A stretch of 61,078 nt of DNA from a virus (taxonomy: Duplodnaviria > Caudoviricetes): the IMG/VR virus record IMGVR_UViG_3300036979_000267, positions 1 to 61,078 of that record; one strand, 5' to 3'. A program made the translations under genes and the position numbers. Positions 1-9,830 of this stretch are shown in pieces; positions within the stretch are counted from its first letter, which is position 1, and the number at the start of each line of letters is the position of its first letter. The notes beneath the pieces are model-generated. The model saw only the letters and a program-made list of their open reading frames with translations. It searched no databases and was not told the origin of the DNA.

Positions 1-127
1 CCATACACGTCGGGGTTGTACTGGGCTTGGCCCGTGTCGAACTCGTCACCCGTTTGTTTCAGGAATTCTTCGGCCGCTGACCCCGCCGGGGCAGCAAACT
101 GCGCGGCGCGCACACCCATCTGGGGGA
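1..127. repeat. Terminal 127-bp direct repeat (identical to 60952-61078); circular assembly overlap
   Basis: Bases 1-127 (ccatacacgt...ctggggga) recur exactly at 60952-61078. 127 matches a common assembler k-mer, and the overlap falls inside a CDS. Confidence 0.95.
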
Positions 128-611
128 TGTCTTTCACACCTTGCCAGATTTGGCTGCCCACTTCTGAGGCGGCGGAACCGAACCCGCGCTTGACGCCTTC
201 GGCCTGCAGGTAGTTCTTGATCTGCGAGGCGCGTACCCGGGCGACGCCGGGCGGCAACTTGTCGGTATTGTCGATGTCCAGATACCCGGCCTTCATGGCC
301 GCGTCGATCTCGCTCAGGTTGGAGCCGCTGAACTTCTGGCCACCCGACAGGTACATGCCAGATGCTGTGTCGTACCCGATGATGGGGTCCGCGTTCGCGG
401 CCGCTGGGGCAGGTGCGGGCGTGCGGGGCGCGCGCAGCGCGTTGAGTTGTTGTGCATACGCCTCTGGGTTGGCCATGGGGTCTTGCGCAGCCACACGGGA
501 CCGGGGCATGCTGAGTCCTGCCCGGGGGACAGTGCCCATGGCAGCCTCTGCTTTTGCGCCGCCCATAAGGGCCTCGTCAGAACGCGTGTTTGAATCGAAC
601 AAATTAGCCAT
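1..611 (-). CDS. 5' part of the giant internal virion protein; continues across the circular junction into 55347-61078
   Basis: ATG at 611 (MANLFDSNTRS...) is in frame with ORF 55347..61070 after circularisation (61070 equals position 119; 611-119=492 nt). Confidence 0.8.
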   Translation of the reverse strand, partial: MANLFDSNTRSDEALMGGAKAEAAMGTVPRAGLSMPRSRVAAQDPMANPEAYAQQLNALRAPRTPAPAPAAANADPIIGYDTASGMYLSGGQKFSGSNLSEIDAAMKAGYLDIDNTDKLPPGVARVRASQIKNYLQAEGVKRGFGSAASEVGSQIWQGVKDIPQMGVRAAQFAAPAGSAAEEFLKQTGDEFDTGQAQYNPDVY

Positions 612-657
612 ACGCAACCCCAGAGTTAACTGAGGGTATTGTATAGCGGCAGGGGAT

Positions 658-2274
658 TTATGACCCCATTTTTACCGGGACCATGGAAGACTCCGACATG
701 CCCACAGGAGTCATGACCCCGGGAATGTACCGCAGCACCTGATTGCCTCGGGTTACGAAGATGGTTTTGCCATCGTCCGGGGAGACAATCTTCAGTCCCT
801 CGGTACCCCCGAAGATTTTCGCAGCCTCTGCAATCGCCTTCTGCTGCTCCAGCATCCGGGCGTTCACGCCTTGGGCATCTGCCACAGCGATTTCCCCTTC
901 GGCCTTGAGCGCAACCTTCCGGCGTTCGGCGGCGGCGGCCTGTGCCCGGGCACGTTCTTGTTCGCTGATTTGGGCGTACTCCGTGTCGCTGAGTTTGTCT
1001 TGGGCATACAAATTGGCGAAGTGGGCTTCCCGCACGGAGTACAGCAGGTCCGCGTATGAGTCCTGATACTGCTGAAGCTGCTTGGGATCGTTGGTTACCT
1101 GCGCAAGCTGCTGGATTTGTTGCATCTTGAACTGGGCCATGCGCCCCTGTTGCCCGGCCATGTTCGACAACTGCTCGGGAGTGAACCCGCCAGAGGCGAT
1201 AACGCGAGAGATGGGAGTCTCGGGAGCGGCAGCGGTGGGAGCGCCGGGCACTTGTTGCGCAGGAGCCCCGCCAGCCGCTTGCTGCCCGGTTACCTTGGCG
1301 ACATAGTTGCGGGTCTCGGCGGGCATTTGGGCAAGGTTTGCGCCGCTGGCCTTCCACCGGTCGTAGTTGCCCGGACCCCAGTTGTAGGCAGCAGCAGCCT
1401 CTGCTTCATTGCCGTATCGGTTCAGCATGGCTTGGGCGTAGTCGCGCCCAACACGGGACCGTTCTTCCACAGAGTTATTTTGCGCAGGACGAACGCCGTA
1501 GCCGGGGTCTCCGCTGGTCCTGTCCATCACCTGCATGTCGCTCTTGGCTGTGCCTTGGCCCGGCACATTTGGGCCAATGGCCGCCATGTTCCCACCGCTC
1601 TCCGCTTGCCGGATACGGGAGATGAAGTCGGTGCCCGGGGTAGGGGTAGGGGTAGGGGTAGCCGCACGACGTGCCTGTGCAGCCGCTTGGTCGGCCGCGC
1701 CGCCAGTCCGCGCCGCTTCTTCGCTACGCAGGGCATCCATCCGAAGTTGCTCTGGCGTAGCTTTAGCCTTGGGGGATTGCAATCCGTACCCGGGGGCGCT
1801 TATAAGGTGTTTTGCTCCGGAGGCTATAAGGTTGGGCACGAAAGCCAAAGCCTTGCCCACACTCTCGCCATACGGTGTATTTAGGTTTGGGTCAGACCCC
1901 TCCGCGTGCCATAGGTGCGTGCGCTCGGGCTCGGGCTTCGTGGGCGGGATAGCTGCTTTACGGCCGGTACCAGCCCGAGGGACATACGCGCCCATGTTTC
2001 CAGCGTCGGCTACTGGTTTCGCAGCGGCAGCCGGTGCAGCCACAGTGGACGCAGTGGACGCAGGCCCACCCGTGGTTCCCCACTGAATCCGCGACGTGTC
2101 GGGCAATGCTTCCTGTGTGGGCATGCGGCGAAGAATCTCGGCCTGTCTCAGTTTTTCCATGCGCGCCTGTGCGGCGCCAGTGTCTGCCACCACCTGACGT
2201 TGTCGGGCCAGCGCTTGGTCATCAAGGGTGCGCTCGGTTCCCCGCGCGGTACCGTATTCAGCTAAGAATCCCAT
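658..2274 (-). CDS. Internal virion (ejection) protein with lytic transglycosylase (SLT) domain
   Basis: SLT motifs IRQAESGGN, MQVM, AAYNWGPGN and ETRNYV within an Ala/Gln-rich scaffold. Confidence 0.85.
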   Translation of the reverse strand: MGFLAEYGTARGTERTLDDQALARQRQVVADTGAAQARMEKLRQAEILRRMPTQEALPDTSRIQWGTTGGPASTASTVAAPAAAAKPVADAGNMGAYVPRAGTGRKAAIPPTKPEPERTHLWHAEGSDPNLNTPYGESVGKALAFVPNLIASGAKHLISAPGYGLQSPKAKATPEQLRMDALRSEEAARTGGAADQAAAQARRAATPTPTPTPGTDFISRIRQAESGGNMAAIGPNVPGQGTAKSDMQVMDRTSGDPGYGVRPAQNNSVEERSRVGRDYAQAMLNRYGNEAEAAAAYNWGPGNYDRWKASGANLAQMPAETRNYVAKVTGQQAAGGAPAQQVPGAPTAAAPETPISRVIASGGFTPEQLSNMAGQQGRMAQFKMQQIQQLAQVTNDPKQLQQYQDSYADLLYSVREAHFANLYAQDKLSDTEYAQISEQERARAQAAAAERRKVALKAEGEIAVADAQGVNARMLEQQKAIAEAAKIFGGTEGLKIVSPDDGKTIFVTRGNQVLRYIPGVMTPVGMSESSMVPVKMGS

Positions 2275-2275
2275 A

Positions 2276-3283
2276 TTACACTCCTACTTGCGTTTCGGCT
2301 TTTTTCTTGGACAAGCCCAGCACGTCCTCGTACAGGGAGTATGCACCACCTGTGGTGTCCCCGGTATCGCTCGCCGTGCCCAAGCCGGTAACATAACTCG
2401 AATCGTACTGCGGGGTAGCCTGCGGCACGTACTGGATCCCGCTGAGTCCTACACGACGAGTTCCCTCTGCGCCAGAACGGGCAACCTCGGCAGCGGTCGT
2501 AGCCCCGGTAGTTGCGCCCACCATGCCCCGACGCTTGTCGGCCGCCACAGTAGCGGCGCTGTGGCCCCTACCGGCCGCTTCTGTGGCGGCCTTCTGTGCC
2601 TGCCCAGAGATACGACTCAGTGTGCCCGCGTACGCCTGCCTGCCCGCCCGCTGGGGGTCTATGGCCAAGTAGTCCGACACCTGTTGGTCCACCAGTGCGT
2701 TCTTTTTGCTCACATTCGCAGCATTCGCAGCCGTGGCCGCGTCGGCCTGACCCCGGTATTGCTCGTTGTACGCTTGGACAGGGGCAGCGGCCGCGCGCTT
2801 TGCTTGATTGCCGAGGTACGCAGAAACGCCCTTGCCCACCAAACGCACACCCTCATTTTCTCCGGCCCATTCCCGTATCTTGCCGAGGCCCGCATTGACC
2901 TTGTTCATCATAGTGCCGCCGGTATCCCCAGTGACCCCGGTATTCCCAGTCGTCCCCGTATAGCCGCCGTACCCGCCCACAGCGGTTTCTCCCGGTTTGC
3001 CCATATCTACCCCGGTGCCCATGGTGGCTGCCGAAGAGACTGGCGTTGCCGCAGGCATACCGGCGACAGGGGCTGTAGGGGATGCTGCTGCTTGGTTGTC
3101 CCAGTTGCCAGCAACATAATTGGCTCCGGCGCCCAGCGCAGCGCCAAGGCCCATGGCCTGCAGATCGCCCTCGCTCTTGCCACCAGTCAGGCGGTGGACT
3201 ACCAGTCCTGCTCCCGCACCAGCTATCTCAGGGTTGGACTGCGCCCAATCCCACGCACTGTTTACATAGTCCATGAAATCCAT
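2276..3283 (-). CDS. Putative internal virion / DNA-pilot protein
   Basis: Gly/Ala-rich 335-aa ORF with hydrophobic Gly stretches, tightly packed in the ejection-protein block. Confidence 0.6.
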   Translation of the reverse strand: MDFMDYVNSAWDWAQSNPEIAGAGAGLVVHRLTGGKSEGDLQAMGLGAALGAGANYVAGNWDNQAAASPTAPVAGMPAATPVSSAATMGTGVDMGKPGETAVGGYGGYTGTTGNTGVTGDTGGTMMNKVNAGLGKIREWAGENEGVRLVGKGVSAYLGNQAKRAAAAPVQAYNEQYRGQADAATAANAANVSKKNALVDQQVSDYLAIDPQRAGRQAYAGTLSRISGQAQKAATEAAGRGHSAATVAADKRRGMVGATTGATTAAEVARSGAEGTRRVGLSGIQYVPQATPQYDSSYVTGLGTASDTGDTTGGAYSLYEDVLGLSKKKAETQVGV

Positions 3284-3285
3284 GA

Positions 3286-4917
3286 TTAAGCCTCCGCTTT
3301 CGGAACTTCCGAATACCGACGCAAGAGCGCGTCAAAAAAGTCACGACCCTTGGCACGGACTACGTGCTCGGGTATCACATACTCGCCGTTGGACACCTTG
3401 ACCGGCCCGCCCGTGGACAGGTTCTGTGTACCGATGGAATCGCTGCGCCCGGTGCCCGGCCCCTGCAGCATACCGCCATCTGGTCCGCCCGTGGGGTTGA
3501 CCATCTGCGCCTGCGATGTCGGTGGGATTTGTCCGGCAGGTGTGGGTTGCCCTTGGCCCGGCTGCGCCATGCCGCCACCTGACTGCTCCAGCGCCCGTGT
3601 AACGGACAGGATTTTGATGATAGTCATGGGGTCGTACGATGGGGGCAGCGGGGACATGCCCTGTGCAGCAACAAACTGGCGAAGCTGTGGGTATAGCTTG
3701 GGGTTCTGCATGCTGGCCATAGCAATCTGGCCCATCACAGTTATCTCCTGCGGTGTCAATTCGCCAGACTGCAGCAGGGGCTGCATGGTCTCCATGATTT
3801 TCTGGCGGAACTGGGGGTTGCGCGCCATCTGGTTCACGCGCATCTCGATCATCTGGGGCGACGTGTCTGCCCCCATGCCGGGACGGGACATACCGGGACC
3901 GCCCGTAGGGCCGCCGTTGGCAAAGCCCATGGCCAGAAGGGGACCGCCGCCGACCTCGCCGCCGTCAGCATAACCAGACATGGAGAGGCCCACCGGGCCA
4001 CCGTCTGCCATTCCGCCGCCAGACCATCCGCCTCCGGGATTTTCAGTGCTGGTACGACTTTCTGTATCAGAACTGGTGTCTGGGCCAGTGTCCGAAGTAG
4101 TGTCTGGGCCAGTGTCCGAAGTAGTGTCTGGGCTGGTATCGGCGCCGGGCGCGGAAAACGATTCGGTTCCTGTATCTGGATACCCATAATACCCACCGCC
4201 CATCGTGGCGGGGTCTTGCTGCATGGGGTTGGCCGCAGGCACATCGGCCAGCGGAGTGCCGAAGAATCCGCCAGACCCGAAGGCCGCGTTCTGCATGGAC
4301 CGGCCCACAGGGAACCCCGCGCCCACGTTGGCCGCCGTCTGCGCAGCCATGGAGCTATCAGGTCCAGTTACGCCAGTGTTATATCCTTGATACGCGTCGT
4401 ATGCAGCGCGTCCAGCACCCAACGCCAGACCGACTGGGCCGGGCAGAAAACTAGCGGCGCCGACCATCGCCTTGCCGTAGTTCTGGGCACCGATGTCTGC
4501 GCCAATCCCAGCGACTTTACCCGCAGTACCCACCGCGCGGGAAACTCCGAACAGCCCAGCGTCCCTCGTGCCAATAGCGACGGGGGCCAGCACATTGGAA
4601 ATACCCGAAGCTACCTTGGAAAAATCCTGCAGCGTACCGGGCGAACTAGGTGTGGTTTGGAAAAGTCCTGCGCCCGGCGACTGGGTATCGTTGTCGAGTG
4701 TATCTAGTCCGGGGGTAATGTTCCCAGACGATCCGCCAGGGGAATCTCCCGACCGGCCGCCCGAAGGCATCGCCTGTTCTGGGGGCAGTATTTCGGGGGC
4801 CGCGGCGTTTACCCCCGGAACGGGTATGGACACGGGTGGCGTAGCAAAATAGTTCCCTACGCTGCTAGACGCACCGCGTGCCCCACCGAGAGATTTCCGT
4901 GTTTTCTGTGTTGCCAT
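3286..4917 (-). CDS. Putative internal virion protein
   Basis: 543 aa, Gly-rich; repeated (M/Y/F)A(D/N)GG motifs; C-terminal GPGTGRSDSI...SNGEYVIP motif typical of phage ejected/tape-measure-associated proteins. Confidence 0.65.
   Translation of the reverse strand: MATQKTRKSLGGARGASSSVGNYFATPPVSIPVPGVNAAAPEILPPEQAMPSGGRSGDSPGGSSGNITPGLDTLDNDTQSPGAGLFQTTPSSPGTLQDFSKVASGISNVLAPVAIGTRDAGLFGVSRAVGTAGKVAGIGADIGAQNYGKAMVGAASFLPGPVGLALGAGRAAYDAYQGYNTGVTGPDSSMAAQTAANVGAGFPVGRSMQNAAFGSGGFFGTPLADVPAANPMQQDPATMGGGYYGYPDTGTESFSAPGADTSPDTTSDTGPDTTSDTGPDTSSDTESRTSTENPGGGWSGGGMADGGPVGLSMSGYADGGEVGGGPLLAMGFANGGPTGGPGMSRPGMGADTSPQMIEMRVNQMARNPQFRQKIMETMQPLLQSGELTPQEITVMGQIAMASMQNPKLYPQLRQFVAAQGMSPLPPSYDPMTIIKILSVTRALEQSGGGMAQPGQGQPTPAGQIPPTSQAQMVNPTGGPDGGMLQGPGTGRSDSIGTQNLSTGGPVKVSNGEYVIPEHVVRAKGRDFFDALLRRYSEVPKAEA
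4076..4133. repeat. In-frame 24-bp tandem repeat (about 2.4 copies) encoding TSDTGPDT
   Basis: gtgtctgggccagtgtccgaagta at 4076-4099 and 4100-4123, partial at 4124-4133. Confidence 0.85.
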
Positions 4918-4918
4918 A

Positions 4919-5266
4919 TTACCGCCTCATGTTTTCAAGGAGCGCATTGAACGCATTCTGTATTTTAGCCACGTCAGCGGCTAACTGCTGCACATCGTTG
5001 AGCAGTTTGTAGTAGTCCGCCAGAGTTGGAGAGCCATTGGCCGCTAACTGCGTGGTGTTATAGTTCGCATCGCCCCGGGCGGAAAGCTGCGTCATCACCT
5101 GTAAATTCTGGGGGGTTACGCCCACCGAGTCATTTGAGATGCTGCGCCCGGGGCCGCGCTGGCCCATCATGATCTCTATGTTTTCCTTGAACGCCGCCAA
5201 CAGGTCATACTGCCACTGCGGAATCTTCTCATTGGGTATGGACGGTATGCCCTGAAACTTTGGCAT
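4919..5266 (-). CDS. Hypothetical virion protein (coiled-coil C-terminus)
   Basis: 115-aa ORF abutting both neighbours in the late operon. Confidence 0.65.
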   Translation of the reverse strand: MPKFQGIPSIPNEKIPQWQYDLLAAFKENIEIMMGQRGPGRSISNDSVGVTPQNLQVMTQLSARGDANYNTTQLAANGSPTLADYYKLLNDVQQLAADVAKIQNAFNALLENMRR

Positions 5267-7311
5267 TACACGCCTCGCAGTCCGGACACAGTCTCGGCCA
5301 AGTGTATGGCCCGCACGCGCGCCGTGGTGGCGACCCGCACCTCGAAGGTGTCAGACCGGTACCCCGTGGGCAGTCGGAACGGTTGGTCGTTCGTGATGAT
5401 GTTGGTGTACACCAATTGCTTGTTCACAAAGAATTGGAACGTGGCGTTGAACTCGGGCACCGTCAGGGGGGTCAACCGCGAGCCGTTCAGTGATAATTCG
5501 TTGGCCTCGTCCTCGCCCATGGCGCCCCCTTCGGTGGTCGCTGAAAGTATCAGGGCGTTAGCTGCCACGATGGCCGCATTCTCGGCAATAAGGGCTGCCT
5601 CACCCTCGGGCGTGGAATAATCCGCGATGACCCGGGCAGCGCCGAAGTTGACAAACTGCTTGGTGGTAAATACCTTCGATTTCCAATCCAGTGTCGTTGG
5701 CCCCACGTTGGGCGAATTCCACAGATGCACCTTGCCGCTGTCCACGTAGTAGAACGAGTCGGTGGCGGGTAGGTAATACGCAGCGGTAAAAATCACGTCG
5801 GTGCGAACAAGGTGGCCGCCCACTTGGTCATTGCGCTCAAACAGGAAAGTGTTGGTGCTGTCAGAGCCAAAGTACCTGCCCCGGTAGTATTCGCCGATCA
5901 CCCCGGCCGGTGTAACCGCTTGTGGCCATGTAGTCCAGCTATGGACGTTCTTGGTGATGTAATCCGTGCCGATTGTCGTGGAGTAGACCGCCATGCCGCC
6001 CGTCGAGGACCACATAACACCAAATCCGATGTTGACGATGGACCGCTTGGACACGCAGGGCAGCACGTAGTCGGTGCGGGCCAACGAGACAGCCTCGGGG
6101 TTGTTGCCGTCCACCTTCCACGGTGTCCGGTCTGTCAGCACGATCAGCGTAGTGCCGAACGCGCCCAGTCCCACAATGGTGGAGTCAATCTGCTGGCGGT
6201 ACTTGATGGGCCACGCGTGTGGCTTGCCCGGCTCGCAGAAGCACAGGGTGTTGCCGAAGAACCCCACAATCATGGAATTGTGGATGGTCAGCATACCGGC
6301 CATGTTGGTCTCGGGCTGGTCGTAGTCCAATGACTCCAGCAGGGTGTCCGCGTCGAGCGTAGAAACGTCGATGTCGTCAACAAAGGATGTAGTGCCCAGC
6401 GTGACCTCGCCAACCCGGTAATACTCCGTGCCGCTGACGCCCAGCACAGTGCGGTATATCCGCACCTTCATGCCGGATGTCTGGTATCCAGCGCCGTGGG
6501 TCCACGAGGCGGGCAGCCCAGTGACGGTGACGGTCTGGCCTTCCTTGACGAACACAGCAGCGCTGGGCTCGGAGGGGACGGATTCCTCTTCCCACGCGGT
6601 GTAGTACGTGAACACGTAGGTGCGTGGTTCGATGGTGCCTGCGAGGTTTACCTTACCCAGCGGGGCCGTTATCTCAGTGGTCGTAGCCTCGGCCGCGCCA
6701 AACGTGAAGTACGTGAATGTGGTGGCGTTGACTACGGTAACCGGAGCGTTGGTCAGGTTGTACCCTGTACCGTCAATATCGGTCGTGGTGACATAATCGC
6801 CTGTGGTCAGCCCATGGGCCGCCGTGGTGCCGATGGTAGCCGTGCCGCCCGAGTCCCGCGCCCGCGAGGACACGGTTTTTTCCGCAAACGCCGTTGCCGT
6901 AGCAATCGGCGTAGCTGCTGGCAGGGGCAGGCCCAGCGTGTAGCTAGTCGTCGGAAACTCGGCGCCGGATGTCGCCATGGTGAAATTCGTGACCTTGGGC
7001 ACGCCGTCGCCCGTGTAATAAATGCGCTGGGTGGTGTCACCCTCAATCTGGGCAGTGGCCACATCCACATCGGTAATCCAGTGGAGCCACTTGAGGCTGC
7101 CGTCGCCGGGGTCCGTCATTGGGTAGATGGTCTTGACCGTGCCGACCTTGTCCAGCGTGGTCATTTCTTCATTGCGCCGGTACGGCAGCAAATCCCCCGA
7201 CGACAAGTCGAGATTGAACGCGTACTGCGCTACCGTTTCCGGTAACAGTTCAGGGCTGATCTTGGGAGCCTCGCCCAAGAACCGAACAATTTTTAGCGCA
7301 GTACCTGCCAT
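5266..7311 (-). CDS. Tail nozzle / packaged-DNA stabilisation (tail tubular B-like) protein
   Basis: 681 aa, beta-rich; FCEPGKPHAWP, CVSKRSIV and WKSKVF motifs seen in podophage nozzle proteins; position before ejection proteins. Confidence 0.65.
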   Translation of the reverse strand: MAGTALKIVRFLGEAPKISPELLPETVAQYAFNLDLSSGDLLPYRRNEEMTTLDKVGTVKTIYPMTDPGDGSLKWLHWITDVDVATAQIEGDTTQRIYYTGDGVPKVTNFTMATSGAEFPTTSYTLGLPLPAATPIATATAFAEKTVSSRARDSGGTATIGTTAAHGLTTGDYVTTTDIDGTGYNLTNAPVTVVNATTFTYFTFGAAEATTTEITAPLGKVNLAGTIEPRTYVFTYYTAWEEESVPSEPSAAVFVKEGQTVTVTGLPASWTHGAGYQTSGMKVRIYRTVLGVSGTEYYRVGEVTLGTTSFVDDIDVSTLDADTLLESLDYDQPETNMAGMLTIHNSMIVGFFGNTLCFCEPGKPHAWPIKYRQQIDSTIVGLGAFGTTLIVLTDRTPWKVDGNNPEAVSLARTDYVLPCVSKRSIVNIGFGVMWSSTGGMAVYSTTIGTDYITKNVHSWTTWPQAVTPAGVIGEYYRGRYFGSDSTNTFLFERNDQVGGHLVRTDVIFTAAYYLPATDSFYYVDSGKVHLWNSPNVGPTTLDWKSKVFTTKQFVNFGAARVIADYSTPEGEAALIAENAAIVAANALILSATTEGGAMGEDEANELSLNGSRLTPLTVPEFNATFQFFVNKQLVYTNIITNDQPFRLPTGYRSDTFEVRVATTARVRAIHLAETVSGLRGV

Positions 7312-7312
7312 A

Positions 7313-7549
7313 TCAGCACTTCCAAGCCTTGAGGGCCAACGCCTTGCGAGTGGGTTGCCCCTTCTCGTCGGTCATCGGACCTTTGACCCCGCCCATGCGC
7401 GCGCAAAACGAGGCTTTGCGGCCTGCGTCTGCTTTGGTCTTGGGGTTGGGTGCGGGGGGTTTCAGGTTGGCACCTTCGGTGCGCTTGTAGTGCGCACGTC
7501 CGGCAGCGTTGAGACCACCCTTCGGGTCTTGGAAAGCCTTCTTTGGCAT
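7313..7549 (-). CDS. Small basic phage protein (GGLNAAGR...RKASFCARMGG type)
   Basis: Lys/Arg-rich ORF of a type I recognise as common in environmental phages; start chosen at MPKKAF. Confidence 0.7.
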   Translation of the reverse strand: MPKKAFQDPKGGLNAAGRAHYKRTEGANLKPPAPNPKTKADAGRKASFCARMGGVKGPMTDEKGQPTRKALALKAWKC

Positions 7550-7551
7550 GG

Positions 7552-7758
7552 CTACTTGACCTTGCCGCCGCACATGTACGGTGTGGACTTGGGGGTCATT
7601 TTGACCATACCGCCGTTCTTGTACTTCAGGGAGGCGTCGTACGCTTTGGTGTTGGCCTTCTGCATCTTGATGTCGGCAGCTTCGGCGCGGGCAGCGCGTT
7701 CAGCCTTGTCCATCGGAGCGGATGCGGCTTTGCGAGGAATGAGGGGTTTCTTTTCCAC
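7552..7758 (-). CDS. Small basic protein with YKNGG/YMCGG motifs
   Basis: 68-aa ORF, GTG start preceded by AGGAG RBS. Confidence 0.65.
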   Translation of the reverse strand: MEKKPLIPRKAASAPMDKAERAARAEAADIKMQKANTKAYDASLKYKNGGMVKMTPKSTPYMCGGKVK

Positions 7759-7768
7759 GGGATTCTCC

Positions 7769-7930
7769 TTACTTCTTGCCGAACTTGGGGGCCATTTTGG
7801 AGGTGGACTTGCCGCCCTCCATCTTCTCGCCCTTGGCGTAAGCAGCCTTGCCCATTTTCTTCTCGGCGGCCTCTTCCTTCTTGGACTCTTTGCCCTTGAA
7901 CAGGAAAGCGGGTTTTTTCGATGTTGCCAT
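7769..7930 (-). CDS. Small Lys-rich protein (53 aa, below ORF-track cutoff)
   Basis: Read manually: MATSKKPAFLFKGKESKKEEAAEKKMGKAAYAKGEKMEGGKSTSKMAPKFGKK*, with GGAG RBS upstream. Confidence 0.65.
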   Translation of the reverse strand: MATSKKPAFLFKGKESKKEEAAEKKMGKAAYAKGEKMEGGKSTSKMAPKFGKK

Positions 7931-7989
7931 GAATATCTCCAAACAAATTGTGGTAGGGGAGATTCTACCGGCGTAGCGACGCGTTGTCG

Positions 7990-8349
7990 CTAGACTTTGC
8001 GCTCAAAGTGGGGCGCGTCAACAAAACTACTTTTGCCAGAATCCACCAGCCCTCGCCAGTTGCCGCCCCAGCGGTTCAGCGGCCCTTGGGCTTCCCACCA
8101 GTCGCCCAGCGGCTTGATTTGCGCCCGGGTGCAGACGTTGCCCCCCATGAGCAAAACAAGGTCTACCGCGCACTTCTTGATGTGGGCAGAGTCCATGGTC
8201 TTGCTGCGCCCAGTGCGGACGTAGATTTCTTGCATCTCCAGAGGGCGTTGCACCTCTCCGAGGCGCACTGCATATCCCATGGCCCATGCCTGTTGTACCA
8301 GCGCAACCATGTCGCGCGCGAAGGCTTCTTGGTGCTCGCCGAGGGTCAT
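7990..8349 (-). CDS. Endolysin, peptidase M15 (L-Ala-D-Glu/D-Ala-D-Ala peptidase-like)
   Basis: Zn-ligand motifs SAHIKKCAVD, WGGNW and DAPHFE; start MTLGEHQ overlaps the holin stop. Confidence 0.85.
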   Translation of the reverse strand: MTLGEHQEAFARDMVALVQQAWAMGYAVRLGEVQRPLEMQEIYVRTGRSKTMDSAHIKKCAVDLVLLMGGNVCTRAQIKPLGDWWEAQGPLNRWGGNWRGLVDSGKSSFVDAPHFERKV

Positions 8350-8861
8350 TTCATACCCCCAGCCATGCGGGCCAGACTGTCCGTCTTTTCCTTGGAGCCG
8401 CTGGAACTGCCCCGGTGGTAATTCAAAATCGTGCCGCACATGGTCACCAGCGAGCCGAAGGCGGCGTAGGCCAGTTCCTTATTTTCCGCTGGGATGGCGT
8501 GGAAGAACAGCAGTGCCGCGAGTCCGACAGTGGCCGACACAATGATGCCGTCCAGCACGTAAGGGAAGTTTTTGGCCGCCCAAGAGGCTTGGGCGCTCTC
8601 TTGGATGCGGGTATTGGAGTCCCGGGCGCCCTGTGTGTTAGCGATGTCCAGCTTGCGGGCTTCCAGCGCGTTGGTGAGCAGAAACTCCTCGTGGTCAAGT
8701 TCCATCTGGCGAAGTTGCTGAAGCCCTTCAGGAGTCTGGGTCAGCGCCTCAAGGTCCACCCCCAATTTATCCTCGATGGCCTCTTTGCCCTTGGCGAGCA
8801 CTGCATTACCCAGCAGCCCAAGACCTTGTGCCAGCAGCGTGGCTACGAATGGGGGAATCAT
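8346..8861 (-). CDS. Holin-like membrane protein
   Basis: N-terminal hydrophobic helix, coiled coil, two C-terminal TM segments and a GSSSGSKEK tail; next to endolysin. Confidence 0.7.
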   Translation of the reverse strand: MIPPFVATLLAQGLGLLGNAVLAKGKEAIEDKLGVDLEALTQTPEGLQQLRQMELDHEEFLLTNALEARKLDIANTQGARDSNTRIQESAQASWAAKNFPYVLDGIIVSATVGLAALLFFHAIPAENKELAYAAFGSLVTMCGTILNYHRGSSSGSKEKTDSLARMAGGMK

Positions 8862-9256
8862 TTGTCGGCCTTTCCGTCGAGGCCCGTATGGATGGCCTGC
8901 ATTAGTTCGATGTGCCGCTGCGTGCTTTGTTGGGAGTGGATATTGAGTGCGTCGCGGAAGGCAGCCCGGTCCTTTTCTGCGTTCTCAAACAACTTCTCGA
9001 TATGCGTGTTTAGCTTGTCAATGCGTTTGCCGTGCTCAGTGCGGACTTCATCGACCTTCTCGTCCACACGCACCATTACCTTGTCATTCAAGGTAGAGTA
9101 CCCGCTCGATTGGTTAGTCCGCAAAGTTTCCTGTGTAGATCGCAGCATGTCGTGCTCCTTCTCATTGCGGTTCCATGCCCAAGCGATAAGACCCATCACA
9201 GGTGCCCACAGCCATTTCAGAATGAAGTCGAAGATGTCGTTATCTGGTGGAGTCAC
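8858..9256 (-). CDS. Membrane-anchored coiled-coil protein (lysis cassette)
   Basis: One N-terminal TM (FILKWLWAPVMGLIAWAW) followed by a coiled coil. Confidence 0.6.
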   Translation of the reverse strand: MTPPDNDIFDFILKWLWAPVMGLIAWAWNRNEKEHDMLRSTQETLRTNQSSGYSTLNDKVMVRVDEKVDEVRTEHGKRIDKLNTHIEKLFENAEKDRAAFRDALNIHSQQSTQRHIELMQAIHTGLDGKADK

Positions 9257-9555
9257 AGTACGGCCTTGATGTGTGGGGATTTGGTAACCCGATTGATTTT
9301 TAATGCAATCTGGCGCATGAGATTGTAGTCTGGGTCGAAGCTGTTGAACGGATGTGCCAAGCGCTCCAGCGTGTCGCTCACAGTGAACTCACCCGCCTTC
9401 GGCCAACCACCGGTGACCAGCGCCCATGTGGTGTGCGCAATGATGATGTCCACGAACCAAGCAACGATGGCGATGGGGGCCAAGTACCAGTATCGCTTGG
9501 GATTGTCCGCGCAAGCCACCGCAGGCCGCAGGAGGAGGATCAATAGGTCGATCAT
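9253..9555 (-). CDS. Hypothetical membrane protein
   Basis: 100-aa hydrophobic ORF with ATGA overlaps to both neighbours. Confidence 0.6.
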   Translation of the reverse strand: MIDLLILLLRPAVACADNPKRYWYLAPIAIVAWFVDIIIAHTTWALVTGGWPKAGEFTVSDTLERLAHPFNSFDPDYNLMRQIALKINRVTKSPHIKAVL

Positions 9556-9821
9556 GGCTTTGGATACTGCGCCTTAACCGCTAGGCAGGCATCCTTGTAC
9601 GCCTGCACTTGTGCCATATCATCTTTGGCCAAACCGTCGAGTAATTCCGTAATCGGTGGGTATGCCGCCCGACGCAGATCGGCGTACGTTGGCGCGGGTG
9701 GGGCCGGGCGCAGGGCTTCGGCCTCCTCGTCCGTAATCGGAACCGACCCCGGGGGCAGAAGGTGCTCGAACCCCGCAGCGTCGAGGTAGTGGAGAGAATT
9801 GTCGGGGGCTTTGTAACGCAT
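9552..9821 (-). CDS. Tail fibre assembly chaperone-like protein
   Basis: Follows tail fibre; ITDEEAEALR and RRAAYPPI...VKAQYPKP patterns. Confidence 0.65.
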   Translation of the reverse strand: MRYKAPDNSLHYLDAAGFEHLLPPGSVPITDEEAEALRPAPPAPTYADLRRAAYPPITELLDGLAKDDMAQVQAYKDACLAVKAQYPKP

Positions 9822-9830
9822 TACGTTTCC

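Noticed and set aside
626-1357. 243-aa same-strand alternative-frame ORF inside the SLT gene
   Set aside because: Arg-rich, no domain motif or RBS; typical off-frame product of GC-rich codons.
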